A program made the position numbers and the translations under genes. Below are positions 27,668-37,733 of a stretch of DNA of 64,000 nt, piece after piece. The notes beneath the pieces were generated by a model. That model made no database searches. It was not told the origin of the DNA and worked only from the letters and a program-made list of their open reading frames with translations. Within the stretch, counting starts at the first letter, position 1, and the number at the start of each line of letters is the position of its first letter. The stretch spans positions 9,064-73,063 of the forward strand of contig JAENYV010000003.1 in the NCBI GenBank assembly GCA_016841605.1, given 5' to 3'. Source of the stretch: Dethiobacter alkaliphilus. GTDB lineage: Bacteria > Bacillota > Dethiobacteria > DTU022 > UBA8154.

Positions 27668-29317
27668 TTAGACTGCTTTTAATCTTTCCACAGGTACCAT
27701 ATCAACAATTGGGCACTCATCTTTCCAGAGCAATCTGGTATGTTGGGCAACAGGACCTTCCTGAGGATAATCTTCCCGATAGTGGGCTCCCCGGCTTTCC
27801 CGACGCGCCCTGGCAGAGGCGACAATCATCCTCGCGACTTTGAACATACCCGGTACGGCTATTGCTTCCATCAGGGAAAGGTTCATGGCTACTAATCCCC
27901 CCGTTACTCCCAATCTCGGCAAAAAATCTTCTTCCATAGTTCTTAAAATATTCTCTGCCCGGCTGAGACCACCTTCGTCCCTGACTACATGGACGTATTG
28001 ATCCATTACATTCTGAATGGCATGCTTTATATAAACAGGTGAAACGGCGTCTCCTTCACTTTCAGAAGCTATTAACCTTTTTATTCTCTCTGTTTCAACA
28101 CCAAACTCAGATGCCTTGCGGTTATCTTTCTCCGGCGTGTTTTCCTGTGCAAAAAGAGCGGCATATTTCCCCGCACGACGGCCAAACACCATAATTTCAG
28201 GAAAGGCATTACCAGCCGTACGCCTTGCTCCATGCACATTGCCCGATACTTCTCCGGCCGCGAATAAACCGGCAACCGAAGTTTCACACTGTTCATTAAT
28301 TCTTACTCCACCCATGGAAAAAAGGCTGCTGACAGCAACTTCGATACGACCCTGAAACGGCGTTAAAGCAAGGCGATACAATGTTTTGTCGCGAACTTTT
28401 GCCGCCGGATGACGCGCAAAACTGCGATACGTTTTATCTGTTAAGTCAATGTATACCGGTCCCCGTCCTTCGGTTATTTCTGCCGCAACCTGACGTGCTG
28501 CCAGGGGTGAGTATGGACCTTCTCCGGGAGTAATAAACTCCTGTCCCATACTGTTAAAAAAGGGACCCCAGGGCAGGTGACGCAAACCGGAGATGATCTC
28601 CGGCCGGACCGGGACAACCGCCAGCTGAATCATTTCCATATCAACCAACTCACAACCGGCTTGAGCAGCCAGCCAGCAACCTTCCCCTACAGACCCCGTG
28701 GGGATACCCAGGGGAGAATTAGCACTGTTTGAATACAATTCACCAAGACCGCCCGTCGCCAGAATTATTGCCGGGCATTTTACCAGTATAAATTGTCCTC
28801 TCTTCAGATCAAAAACCGAAGCCCCCCATACCTTTCCCTCGTTAACCAATAGGCGCGTAACGAGCCAACCCTCGGCAAGAGTAATTCCCCGCTCAGAGCG
28901 GATGGATTTACGTAAAACCTGCATCATAACCTTACCGGGAATCATCACACTGCGCGGATGGCTTAAAGTAGGTTCAAAATGAGAAGGCTGCCAACTTATC
29001 CCGGCTCCCATCCCTTCCAATTCTTTCAAACACGAAAGTGATTCCTCACTTAAAACCTTGAGCAGCCGCTCGTCATTGAGCCCACATCCCAGGCGCAACT
29101 GATCCGCGCAGTAAAGCTCCGGGCTGTCCTCCGCCATAAAGGGTGTCTGGTAACCCCCGTTGGCTGTTGGCGTAAGACCGCTCTTTCCAACAGGCCCCTT
29201 GCCGGCTAAAATCACTTTCGCCCCCCATCGCGAGGCCTCCAGCGCGGCACGAGCGCCTGCACCCCCACCTCCGATTACCAAAACATCAGTCGTTAAGCTT
29301 TCATAGTTGTAAACCAC
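27668..29317 (-). CDS. FAD-binding flavoprotein of the succinate dehydrogenase/fumarate reductase (FAD_binding_2) family
   Basis: N-terminal GXGXXG (VIGGGGAGARAALEA) and a C-terminal capping domain. Confidence 0.8.
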   Translation of the reverse strand: MVYNYESLTTDVLVIGGGGAGARAALEASRWGAKVILAGKGPVGKSGLTPTANGGYQTPFMAEDSPELYCADQLRLGCGLNDERLLKVLSEESLSCLKELEGMGAGISWQPSHFEPTLSHPRSVMIPGKVMMQVLRKSIRSERGITLAEGWLVTRLLVNEGKVWGASVFDLKRGQFILVKCPAIILATGGLGELYSNSANSPLGIPTGSVGEGCWLAAQAGCELVDMEMIQLAVVPVRPEIISGLRHLPWGPFFNSMGQEFITPGEGPYSPLAARQVAAEITEGRGPVYIDLTDKTYRSFARHPAAKVRDKTLYRLALTPFQGRIEVAVSSLFSMGGVRINEQCETSVAGLFAAGEVSGNVHGARRTAGNAFPEIMVFGRRAGKYAALFAQENTPEKDNRKASEFGVETERIKRLIASESEGDAVSPVYIKHAIQNVMDQYVHVVRDEGGLSRAENILRTMEEDFLPRLGVTGGLVAMNLSLMEAIAVPGMFKVARMIVASARARRESRGAHYREDYPQEGPVAQHTRLLWKDECPIVDMVPVERLKAV

Positions 29318-29334
29318 TAAATATTTCCTCCTTA

Positions 29335-30459
29335 TTAAGAAGGTACAATATCTGTTAAAACAACAGGCTGTCCCGTTGTTAACAGAATTGTATCACCATG
29401 CAATACCTTACAGCCACCTGTTTCCATGCTGACCCGAAGACTGACAGCCATTCCCGGCAATGGCTTAAAGTCATCGCCGGCAAGATCAGGCCCTTCTTCC
29501 AACTCAAGGCCTATGCCTCCTCCTAATCCGATCTTCCCCTGTACCCGGGCGGCAAGCATGCTCAAGTTTTCTTTTTGAAAATTTACCGGGCTAAGAGCCT
29601 TAATCAGAGCAGCTTCCTGTTCCATAGCCGCGAGGATGCTTGTTTCTTGAGCGCTTTTGCTATTGCCGACAACTACTGTTCTGCACATGGAAGACCAGTA
29701 TCGCAAAATTTGCGTTGATAGAATTATACGCAGAGAATCTCCATCTTTTAAAATGTAGTCACTAACCGGTCCGGGTTCATTCCCATCTACCGCCATTAAT
29801 AATTGTATATCCTCGCATCCCTGCTTGCGAGCCAAATAGTCAGCTCCGGCTTCAAGGGCCCGTAAAGATATCCCGGGGACTGCTTTCTCTAGAATATCGG
29901 ACATACATGCAGTTGCTAAGCAGGAACTTCTTTGAAGCAATAATTGTTCTCTTTCTGTTTTCACTCTGCGCCAACTGGATACTTCCCCGGTTATATCTAT
30001 CCATTTTACAGCAGTTAGACCCTGGCGCAAAAGAGACAATATTGTATAAGGAACGTCGTTCCAGCCCGCAAGTCCTAAATTTCCCACGCTCATTCCTTTT
30101 TGTTTCAGTAAGTCAAGAGAGTTTTGGCCAAGATTACGACACGCTTGAACCTCAACCGGCGTTACTCTTTGAATATAGGGCACATCCCTGGCAGGCACCT
30201 CAAGCAGCAATAAAGGGTCCCCTTCTACCGGAAGTATAAGAAAACCGTCACGCCAGGCAATATGACAACTATAGTTGGTAAAGTAACAAAGATTGCCGGA
30301 TTTTAACGCATTACCATATACTAATACCCCCGCAAGATCCTTGCTGCGAGCCAGCGCTTTTAATGACGTAATGCGGTTCTTCAGCTCTGATGGCGTTAAC
30401 TTGTCTTGATCCCATTCGATAGGCCCTCTTTTTATGACGGCGACTTTAGTTAGACTCAT
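29335..30459 (-). CDS. creatinase/prolidase-like M24-family protein (divergent)
   Basis: Creatinase_N-like N-terminus followed by a pita-bread fold; metal ligands poorly conserved. Confidence 0.6.
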   Translation of the reverse strand: MSLTKVAVIKRGPIEWDQDKLTPSELKNRITSLKALARSKDLAGVLVYGNALKSGNLCYFTNYSCHIAWRDGFLILPVEGDPLLLLEVPARDVPYIQRVTPVEVQACRNLGQNSLDLLKQKGMSVGNLGLAGWNDVPYTILSLLRQGLTAVKWIDITGEVSSWRRVKTEREQLLLQRSSCLATACMSDILEKAVPGISLRALEAGADYLARKQGCEDIQLLMAVDGNEPGPVSDYILKDGDSLRIILSTQILRYWSSMCRTVVVGNSKSAQETSILAAMEQEAALIKALSPVNFQKENLSMLAARVQGKIGLGGGIGLELEEGPDLAGDDFKPLPGMAVSLRVSMETGGCKVLHGDTILLTTGQPVVLTDIVPS

Positions 30460-30559
30460 AGTTCACCATAAATGGCTCATTCACAAAAATTATGCAAACC
30501 CTGTCTGAAGACACCGGTAAAAAACGGATAATGTCTTCAATGTTAAGTTCCTGAGCCAT
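30446..30559 (-). CDS. 37-aa small ORF translationally coupled to the downstream M24-like gene
   Basis: MAQELNIEDIIRFLPVSSDRVCIIFVNEPFMVNYESN; strong GGAGGTG RBS; overlaps the next start by 14 nt; absent from the ORF track. Confidence 0.35.
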   Translation of the reverse strand: MAQELNIEDIIRFLPVSSDRVCIIFVNEPFMVNYESN

Positions 30560-30624
30560 TTATACACCTCCTTCCTCTTCGCTAATCTATTGTAGTATCT
30601 TCGCTCGTATCCTTGTTTATTTTT

Positions 30625-31725
30625 TTAACATGAAAAAAGCTCCATGGGTAAACCAGAAAGTTTTTCACAGCCGTTTTCAGTGACAACTACCATTTCCCCA
30701 AGAGCAAGATAACCGGTTTCCGGCAAGTACTGATTGGGGTGGACTACTAAGACCATACCCGGTTCCATGGGTATCTTGTTGTTTTCATCAATATTGAAAG
30801 ACTGGGTCAGGCCAAAACCATGACCTCTTGTTCTCATGTAAGGCGGCCCGCAATACTCTTTATAACCCGCCTCACTGATGACCTTATTTTGCACATTATA
30901 CACTTCGTTCCAGAGAACCCCGGGGCGTATAATATCCAGGGCAGCCTGCATTGCTTCGACAAGGATTGTATACTTTTCCTGCAATTGCCGATCAGGTTGG
31001 CCCAGATAAATAGTCCGACAAAGCTGTGCCGAATAGGTAACACTGCCATACGCAGGTGTAATTTCAAAAAGTAAAAGCTCTCCTGGAAGAAGTTTCTTAT
31101 TTCTTCCCACAACCATACCCGAGCTATGAGTGCCGGAAGACATAAGCTGAAAATTGTCGGTTGCCCCATTCAAGCGCATAATGTATTCGATCTCAGCTAA
31201 CAACTCGTACTCTTTGATGCCCGGTTTCGCTTCTTGACAGGCCTTCATAAAACCAAGATCCGCTATATTGGCTGCCTTACGCAGTATCTCAAGCTCTTCA
31301 GAACTTTTTACTAAGGCGGCCTCCTCCAGAAATTTACTGCCTGAAGGAGCATTAGCTAAAAACATTTGCATTGTTGTTTCATAACGTGCAGGAACAAGTT
31401 CTTTGCCAATCAAAACAGCATTACCGCATTCCTGCCACTTGTTAATAGTTATTTGCTGTAGGGAATCTATGAGAGCTATATTCGTAGCCCAAGAGGTTTC
31501 AGCTGCTCTCTGCAGATCCCATTCTTCCGACAACCAGAGTTGCATCTCCCCTTCTTTGTTCAGAGTTGCCCAGGCTTCTCCTGCAGCAAGATTATAACCC
31601 GTAAGATAAAAAATGTTATCCGGCTTAAGAACATTAGAATATGCTACTAAAAGACCTATGCCTTTCCGCTCCATTAAGGTAAGTATTCTTGTTATCCTCT
31701 GTTTTGCTTCCGCTTTGTTTATCAA
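30625..31725 (-). CDS. M24-family metallohydrolase (Xaa-Pro dipeptidase/creatinase/ectoine-hydrolase-like)
   Basis: Pita-bread fold with HGFGL and conserved Asp/Glu ligands; TTG start with GAGGAG RBS. Confidence 0.75.
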   Translation of the reverse strand: MINKAEAKQRITRILTLMERKGIGLLVAYSNVLKPDNIFYLTGYNLAAGEAWATLNKEGEMQLWLSEEWDLQRAAETSWATNIALIDSLQQITINKWQECGNAVLIGKELVPARYETTMQMFLANAPSGSKFLEEAALVKSSEELEILRKAANIADLGFMKACQEAKPGIKEYELLAEIEYIMRLNGATDNFQLMSSGTHSSGMVVGRNKKLLPGELLLFEITPAYGSVTYSAQLCRTIYLGQPDRQLQEKYTILVEAMQAALDIIRPGVLWNEVYNVQNKVISEAGYKEYCGPPYMRTRGHGFGLTQSFNIDENNKIPMEPGMVLVVHPNQYLPETGYLALGEMVVVTENGCEKLSGLPMELFSC

Positions 31726-31851
31726 AAATAATCAACTCCTCGTCATCCGGCCTGAAGTACCTGTTGTTTCGGTCTCGCAGACGGCACATTTTAAACCCCC
31801 AACTGTAGAGGTTTTTCCTTCTTCTGATGGTGACGCCCCGGCACAAATTGT

Positions 31852-33126
31852 CTATTTCTTCTTTAAATAGTCTCTTGGGTCAACTATCTCTCCGGCAACG
31901 GCAGAGGCCGCCACTGTATAGGGAGAGGCCAGGAAAACTTCATTGCTTCCTTCAGAACCCCCGCGCCCCGGCCAATTGCGGGGATGAGTTCCAATCATGA
32001 CCTCACTATCGGCAAGGTGGCCGACACAAAGCATTTGACAGGGCCCACAATATGGAGGATAAAAAGATGCGCCCGCCTTATGCAGTATTGCCATAGTGCC
32101 GTCAGCCATTGCCTGAGCCATAATGTCCTTTGTCCCGGGCACCACTATTAAGCGGACATCAGGATGGCACTTACGTCCATCAAAGATCTCAGCCGCCCGG
32201 TGCAGGTCATCCAATCCGCCGCCTGTGCATCCTCCGATAAATGCCTGATCAATTTTTTTCCCCAAGACATCGGTTACATTGTTTGTGTTGGTAGGAGAGA
32301 AAGGGCAAGCAATCTTAGGCTCCAGGTTAGTAATGTCAAATTCCTCGATTCTAGCAAACTCTGCCTTCGGATCGTCTACAATAACCTCAAAGTTAGGGTT
32401 GCGACTTGTTTTACGGGCAAATTCAATCGTTTTCTCGTCCGGTGGAATAAAACCGGTCATTCCTCCCATTTCTACAGCCAGGAGACTAAATATTACTCTT
32501 TGTTGAATGCTCAAATCCGCAATGTAAGAGCCTGTAAATTCAATCGTTTTCCATAATCCGCTGTCCTGTCCCATAATACCGATAACATGCTGGGCAACAT
32601 CACGGGCTAAAACACCCCTGCCCGGAGTGCCTTCGATCCGGATATTCAAAGTTTCCGGAACTTTAAACCATAATTTGCCCGATAACAGTACTTCTGTTAC
32701 TTCATAATTGGCAGGCGTGGAAAAGGCCCCTATGGCCCCATAAGCGGTAGTATGAGAATCGGCCCCTACCGCTACAGCACCGGGCCAGACATGACCTTTT
32801 TCTATTACGAGATAATGCCCTATACCGGAACCAAAATCGTAGACATGTTTTACGCCGTATTTTTTGTTCAGATCACGAACCCTCTTATACAGTTTTGCTG
32901 TACCGCGATCTGCGGAAGAGAACAAATGGTGCCCCAGCCCAAAGACAACTTTTTCCGGATCAAATACACCTTTGACGCCTCCGATTGCTTCAAAAGGATC
33001 ATAATGGCGTTGAATTGTATGGGCAAAGACCAGGTCTATATCAGCTGTTATAATTTCACCTGGAAAAACTTCTTTTTTACCGCACGCCCTGGCCAGAATT
33101 TTTTCTGTAGCTGTATGGTTAGACAT
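31852..33126 (-). CDS. aconitase-family hydro-lyase large subunit (LeuC-like)
   Basis: 3-isopropylmalate dehydratase/homoaconitase large-subunit architecture with a Cys triad (GGCTGG...CGPCQ). Confidence 0.8.
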   Translation of the reverse strand: MSNHTATEKILARACGKKEVFPGEIITADIDLVFAHTIQRHYDPFEAIGGVKGVFDPEKVVFGLGHHLFSSADRGTAKLYKRVRDLNKKYGVKHVYDFGSGIGHYLVIEKGHVWPGAVAVGADSHTTAYGAIGAFSTPANYEVTEVLLSGKLWFKVPETLNIRIEGTPGRGVLARDVAQHVIGIMGQDSGLWKTIEFTGSYIADLSIQQRVIFSLLAVEMGGMTGFIPPDEKTIEFARKTSRNPNFEVIVDDPKAEFARIEEFDITNLEPKIACPFSPTNTNNVTDVLGKKIDQAFIGGCTGGGLDDLHRAAEIFDGRKCHPDVRLIVVPGTKDIMAQAMADGTMAILHKAGASFYPPYCGPCQMLCVGHLADSEVMIGTHPRNWPGRGGSEGSNEVFLASPYTVAASAVAGEIVDPRDYLKKK

Positions 33127-33128
33127 TA

Positions 33129-33638
33129 TTAAGAACTCCTTTCATTTTTGAGGTACAATTTTAATAGCTGAGAGATGCCTCCCTGTTCCAGCATAGTAAA
33201 AACCGTTTCAGGCATGGGCGATATTGCAACGCTCCAGTTATCATCTCTGACAATTTTGCCTCCTGAGGTATGAAGAAGCACTTCAAGTTCATCACCTTCA
33301 TTAACTTGTTTACTAATACCGGGATAAATAATAGCAGGGATCCCGAGAGCAATACAGTTACGGTAGTATATTCTGGATATGGAGTCAGCTATAATTACAT
33401 TAATCCCTAAAGACTTCAAGACCGCGTTTGCCTGTTCCCGATGGGAACCATAACCAAAATTCCGCCCCGCAACAAGGATATCTCCTGCCTTGACCAGTTG
33501 ATAAAAATTCGGTCTTACCGCCTCAAAGGCATGTTTTTTTAGAATATCCATCCCTTCATGCATCCACTTTCCCGGAGTAATGATATCAGTATCAATGTTG
33601 TCGCCAAATTTGTGCACCCTACCCCTAAAGCTAAGCAT
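33129..33638 (-). CDS. aconitase-family hydro-lyase small subunit (LeuD-like)
   Basis: LeuD swivel domain; overlaps the upstream large-subunit gene by 8 nt. Confidence 0.8.
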   Translation of the reverse strand: MLSFRGRVHKFGDNIDTDIITPGKWMHEGMDILKKHAFEAVRPNFYQLVKAGDILVAGRNFGYGSHREQANAVLKSLGINVIIADSISRIYYRNCIALGIPAIIYPGISKQVNEGDELEVLLHTSGGKIVRDDNWSVAISPMPETVFTMLEQGGISQLLKLYLKNERSS

Positions 33639-34902
33639 TAAACCACTCCCTTGGATCCGTTATTTTCCCGGTTATTGCAGAGGCAGCGACAGTTGCCGGT
33701 GAAGCCAGGTAGATTGACGCCTGAGGGTTGCCCATACGGCCCTTGAAATTTCGGCTGGTGGAGGTAAGACAAACTTCCTCATCCGCTAAAGTGCCTATGT
33801 TGCCGATACATGGTCCACAACAGGAATTTGTTACTATCGCGCCGGCTTTAACTAGAGTTTCAATGTACCCTTTTGCCAGTGCCATTGTGTAAACCTCGCT
33901 AGAAGCAGGAGTAACGATTAATCTCACCTTGGGGGCAACTTTCTTATCTTTAAGAATATGTGCTGCAACAGCAAGGTCCTCCATTCGACCATTGGCGCAA
34001 CAACCGATCACAGCTTGCTGGATAGGGACGTTTTGTAGTTCCTCAGCCGGTTTAATATCTGCAAAACTATGGGGACATGCTACCAATGGTTCAAGTTGCG
34101 TTGCATCAATAGAATATTCCTCTTCGTAAACTGCATCGGAATCCGGGTAAACAGGAGATATTTCCCTGACACCATGGCCCTTTAGAAAACTAAGCGTTTT
34201 CTCATCTACTTCAAAGAAAGAAAATTTGGCTCCCAACTCAACTGATTGATTAGCAATACACATCCGGCCATCCAAACTCATATCCGATACGGCTTCTCCA
34301 CACCATTCAATAGCTTTGTATTGGGCTATTTCCGAACCAAAACGTCTGGCAACTTCCAAAAAGACATCCTTGCCGTTAAGATATTTACTTAACTTGCCTT
34401 CTATCTTTATCCTGATGGTCGGGGGAACCATGAACCAAAGTTCTCCGGTTAAAAGTATAAGGGCTGCCTCCGTTTCTCCAATACCGGTTCCGGCTACGTT
34501 AAGGGCCCCATAAAGAGTAGTATGAGAATCCGGAGAGACGACTAACTGCCCGGGGCGCAATAATCCGGACTCCGGCAAGACCTGATGACAGATGCCTGAA
34601 TTCACATCATAAAAATACGGGAGCTTTAATTGTTCGACTATAGCACGGATCTTGGCGTGCTTATTGGCCATTTTACTATTTTTACCGGGAGGAGGAGCAT
34701 AATGGTCCAGCACAATTGCTACCTTGCGCGCATCCCATACTCTGGGAATCCCTTCAACCGATCCTGCTTCCTCTATTATTTGCGACGTCATCGCTAAAGC
34801 CTCATGAAACATTATTAAATCAATAGCTGCATTTACAAATTCGCCGGAAGCTACCCTTTGCTTCTGGGCACATCTAGCCAGAATTTTTTCTGCAATAGTC
34901 AT
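33631..34902 (-). CDS. second aconitase-family hydro-lyase large subunit (LeuC-like paralog)
   Basis: Same architecture (CCANGR...CGPCIG); start set at the ATG that has a GGAGTGG RBS. Confidence 0.75.
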   Translation of the reverse strand: MTIAEKILARCAQKQRVASGEFVNAAIDLIMFHEALAMTSQIIEEAGSVEGIPRVWDARKVAIVLDHYAPPPGKNSKMANKHAKIRAIVEQLKLPYFYDVNSGICHQVLPESGLLRPGQLVVSPDSHTTLYGALNVAGTGIGETEAALILLTGELWFMVPPTIRIKIEGKLSKYLNGKDVFLEVARRFGSEIAQYKAIEWCGEAVSDMSLDGRMCIANQSVELGAKFSFFEVDEKTLSFLKGHGVREISPVYPDSDAVYEEEYSIDATQLEPLVACPHSFADIKPAEELQNVPIQQAVIGCCANGRMEDLAVAAHILKDKKVAPKVRLIVTPASSEVYTMALAKGYIETLVKAGAIVTNSCCGPCIGNIGTLADEEVCLTSTSRNFKGRMGNPQASIYLASPATVAASAITGKITDPREWFNA

Positions 34903-34962
34903 CCCCAAAGTTTTACCACTCCTATCTCTTTTCATTAATTAAGACGTAGCCCTGGCGGGATA

Positions 34963-35475
34963 TTAAGCAAGCGTTTGATAAAGATGCCTCCTATTTTTAA
35001 TCCAGTTTATTAAGCCTCCGCTTTGAAATATCTCCAGAAGTATTGGTGGGGTTGGGTCAGCTTGAAATAGCTCACCAGTCTCAAGATTCTCTATAATACC
35101 TTTTAAAATATCTACTTTAATTCGATCGCCTTTTTTAAATTTGTTTCTGATATTCCGGCATTGAAGAACCGGCAAACCAATATTCCAGGTATTTCTGTAA
35201 AATAACATCCCTGCACTTTCACAGACGACAGCGCCTACTCCGACCTGTTTCAAGATTTCGCCGGCAGGCCTTCCCGAAGAAGCACCAAAATTTTTTCCTG
35301 TAATAATTACATCACCCGGTTGAACTTTTTTAGCAAAATCCGGCTCGTAAAATTCTAATACATGCTGTAAAACTTTTTCTCGCCGTTCCTCTTCCCCTGA
35401 CATTAACATGCTTTCTGCATTAACGTTATCCCCTAAAAGCCATACAAATCCTTTTACTAATAATTGTGGCTCCAA
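34963..35475 (-). CDS. second aconitase-family small subunit (LeuD-like paralog)
   Basis: 170-aa swivel-domain protein. Confidence 0.75.
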   Translation of the reverse strand: MEPQLLVKGFVWLLGDNVNAESMLMSGEEERREKVLQHVLEFYEPDFAKKVQPGDVIITGKNFGASSGRPAGEILKQVGVGAVVCESAGMLFYRNTWNIGLPVLQCRNIRNKFKKGDRIKVDILKGIIENLETGELFQADPTPPILLEIFQSGGLINWIKNRRHLYQTLA

Positions 35476-35525
35476 AATTTGTCCTCCTTATTTCTTTGTA
35501 TTAATAAATATTTAATCTTCCAACA

Positions 35526-35548
35526 AATGTCTTGTATAACGAGACATT
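35526..35548 (-). promoter_or_regulatory. palindromic operator AATGTCT-N9-AGACATT ~50 bp upstream of the LeuD-like gene
   Basis: Perfect 7-bp inverted arms with a GT..AC core, typical of GntR/IclR-type sites. Confidence 0.4.
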
Positions 35549-35687
35549 GTTTCATTTTATAAGGTATAGTTTTCTCTAGAAGCTTTTTCATTCCTGCATG
35601 TATAATTATTTTAACTACTAGGTTACAGCAGAGAGGACCAACCAAGCTGGAAAGTAATAAACGATACTATATTTTGTCAAATTATTT

Positions 35688-36146
35688 CTACAATAAAATA
35701 CCAGGATATAATTTTAGGCTTAATACATTAAATAAGAAAGTGTAAATTGCCAACATAAAAATTATAGTAATCAAAAGCGAAATGTGTAACTTTTGCTTTG
35801 ATTTAAAAAGGAGAAACAGAAAAAGAAAAGTCCCTCCTCCCCATAAGACTCCAATCATACCAACCAAAATAACCAGCCCTAAAACCCAAAACCAAATCAG
35901 GAGTTCATCCCCGTGGGCAACCCACCAAGAAAATTTACTGCTTGTTTTCTCTAAGCCCTTTTGCTCAGCCTCTTTATCATGTTTAAATTCAACAAATATA
36001 TTAACAGCAGCTAAAATTACGGCAGGTATTCCAATTACAAGGGGCATAAACGCTGCAAATTTGTTAAATCCAAAAGCAAGGAGCACCATTATAATCAGAA
36101 TAAGAAGTAAAACTATGGCAAATATATTTTTCTCCTTACCCATCAT
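35688..36146 (-). CDS. tctB: tripartite tricarboxylate transporter TctB-family small membrane subunit
   Basis: 152-aa, 4-TM protein immediately downstream of tctA. Confidence 0.7.
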   Translation of the reverse strand: MMGKEKNIFAIVLLLILIIMVLLAFGFNKFAAFMPLVIGIPAVILAAVNIFVEFKHDKEAEQKGLEKTSSKFSWWVAHGDELLIWFWVLGLVILVGMIGVLWGGGTFLFLFLLFKSKQKLHISLLITIIFMLAIYTFLFNVLSLKLYPGILL

Positions 36147-37624
36147 ATCACTCCTTTTTTGTGCGCCATTTTACTTTTTATAACAGGTCCGAAAAAGATA
36201 AGGAGTAAAAGCATTGTTAATATTAGTACAACAGGACGTTTCATCATCTCAATACCGTAAAGGTTGTACGATAACCACATATTTCGTTCAATAATTACTC
36301 CCAGAATAAATCCTAGAATTAGAGCCGGGCGTGAATAACCCAATTTTTTCATTTCATATCCTATAAAACCAAAAATAAGAAGCGTAACTATATCGCCAAA
36401 GCTTCTACTGGCATTAAAAGCTCCGATCATTGTTATTATTAAAACAATAGGTGCCAAGATAGTCACGTTAACCGTAGTTATACGCGCAAGATACTTTACA
36501 AACGGAAGAATTAAAGCTGCGCCAAAAATGTTGGAAATAACCAGCATTGCGATAATTAATATTACGGAAGATAGTTGCGGACCTAACAAATCCCGTCCTG
36601 GAATTAATCCGATAATTGTTAGAGCGCCAAGAAGTACAGCCATACCCGCACTTCCAGGAATTCCAAAAGCCAATGTGGGCACTAATGCCCCCCCTTCTTT
36701 AGCGTTGTTGGCACTCTCAGGGCCCAATACCCCTTGAACTACTCCAGTTCCCATATTGTTTTTATTTCCCGAAGATTGCCCTGCATACCCATAAGCTATA
36801 AAGTTGGCGATATCTCCTCCAAGACCGGGAATAATCCCAATAACAGCTCCAATAACAGCGCATTTTACAACCAGCCACCAATTTTTAACAACGTCCAGAA
36901 GACCGGTTATGGGACTATCCTCTATTTTTACTCTTCCTTTAGCTATTGCTCCTCCCGTTATACATAAATGCACCATCTCAGATACAGCAAAAAGCCCCAG
37001 GAGAACAGGTAACATTTTTAACCCATCCCACAGATAAAGAGAATTAAAGGTATAACGCATTGCCCCGGTAACCCAATCTTCCCCGACGAGAGATATTAAA
37101 ATACCGAACATCCCGGCAATAGCTCCTTTAATAGGATTACTGCCGGAGAGGACTGAAATCATTGATACTCCTGTTAGAGCTAAAAAAAGCATTTCTGCCG
37201 GCCCAAAACTCATTACTATAGGTCTAACTACAGGTATCAGCATTAAAAGGACAATGGCTCCAATAATCCCTCCCAAGGTCGAAGAACCTAATGCCACTCC
37301 AATAGCCCTGCCTGCCTGGCCCTTTTGGGACATTGGATAGCCGTCAAATACTGTCGCAGCATTTACAGGACTACCCGGAACTCCAAACAAAATAGCAGAT
37401 ATTGAACCTCCGGTTGCCACAACGGCATGGGCACTAATTAATAAAGCAATAGCAGCTTCTGTTGAAAGATTGAAAACAAAGGGAAGCAACATTACAAGGA
37501 CAAAAACACCGCCTATTCCGGGGATAAAGCCCATAACCACCCCAAACAGCACACCTATAATCATATATATAATCTGAGGCGGTGTTAATGCACTTACCAG
37601 GCTAGTACCTAACATTTCAAGCAT
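36143..37624 (-). CDS. tctA: tripartite tricarboxylate transporter TctA-family permease
   Basis: ~490-aa TctA architecture; AGGAGTGA RBS at ATG 37622-37624. Confidence 0.85.
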   Translation of the reverse strand: MLEMLGTSLVSALTPPQIIYMIIGVLFGVVMGFIPGIGGVFVLVMLLPFVFNLSTEAAIALLISAHAVVATGGSISAILFGVPGSPVNAATVFDGYPMSQKGQAGRAIGVALGSSTLGGIIGAIVLLMLIPVVRPIVMSFGPAEMLFLALTGVSMISVLSGSNPIKGAIAGMFGILISLVGEDWVTGAMRYTFNSLYLWDGLKMLPVLLGLFAVSEMVHLCITGGAIAKGRVKIEDSPITGLLDVVKNWWLVVKCAVIGAVIGIIPGLGGDIANFIAYGYAGQSSGNKNNMGTGVVQGVLGPESANNAKEGGALVPTLAFGIPGSAGMAVLLGALTIIGLIPGRDLLGPQLSSVILIIAMLVISNIFGAALILPFVKYLARITTVNVTILAPIVLIITMIGAFNASRSFGDIVTLLIFGFIGYEMKKLGYSRPALILGFILGVIIERNMWLSYNLYGIEMMKRPVVLILTMLLLLIFFGPVIKSKMAHKKGVI

Positions 37625-37733
37625 TCTATCACTCCTAACTTTAGGGCTTGGCAAAGTGTGGGGCCGTTATTTATTGCATGTTTAGTACATTTTACGGCCC
37701 CTCCTTTGCTTCAATTGTAAGCTCTAAAAAATA

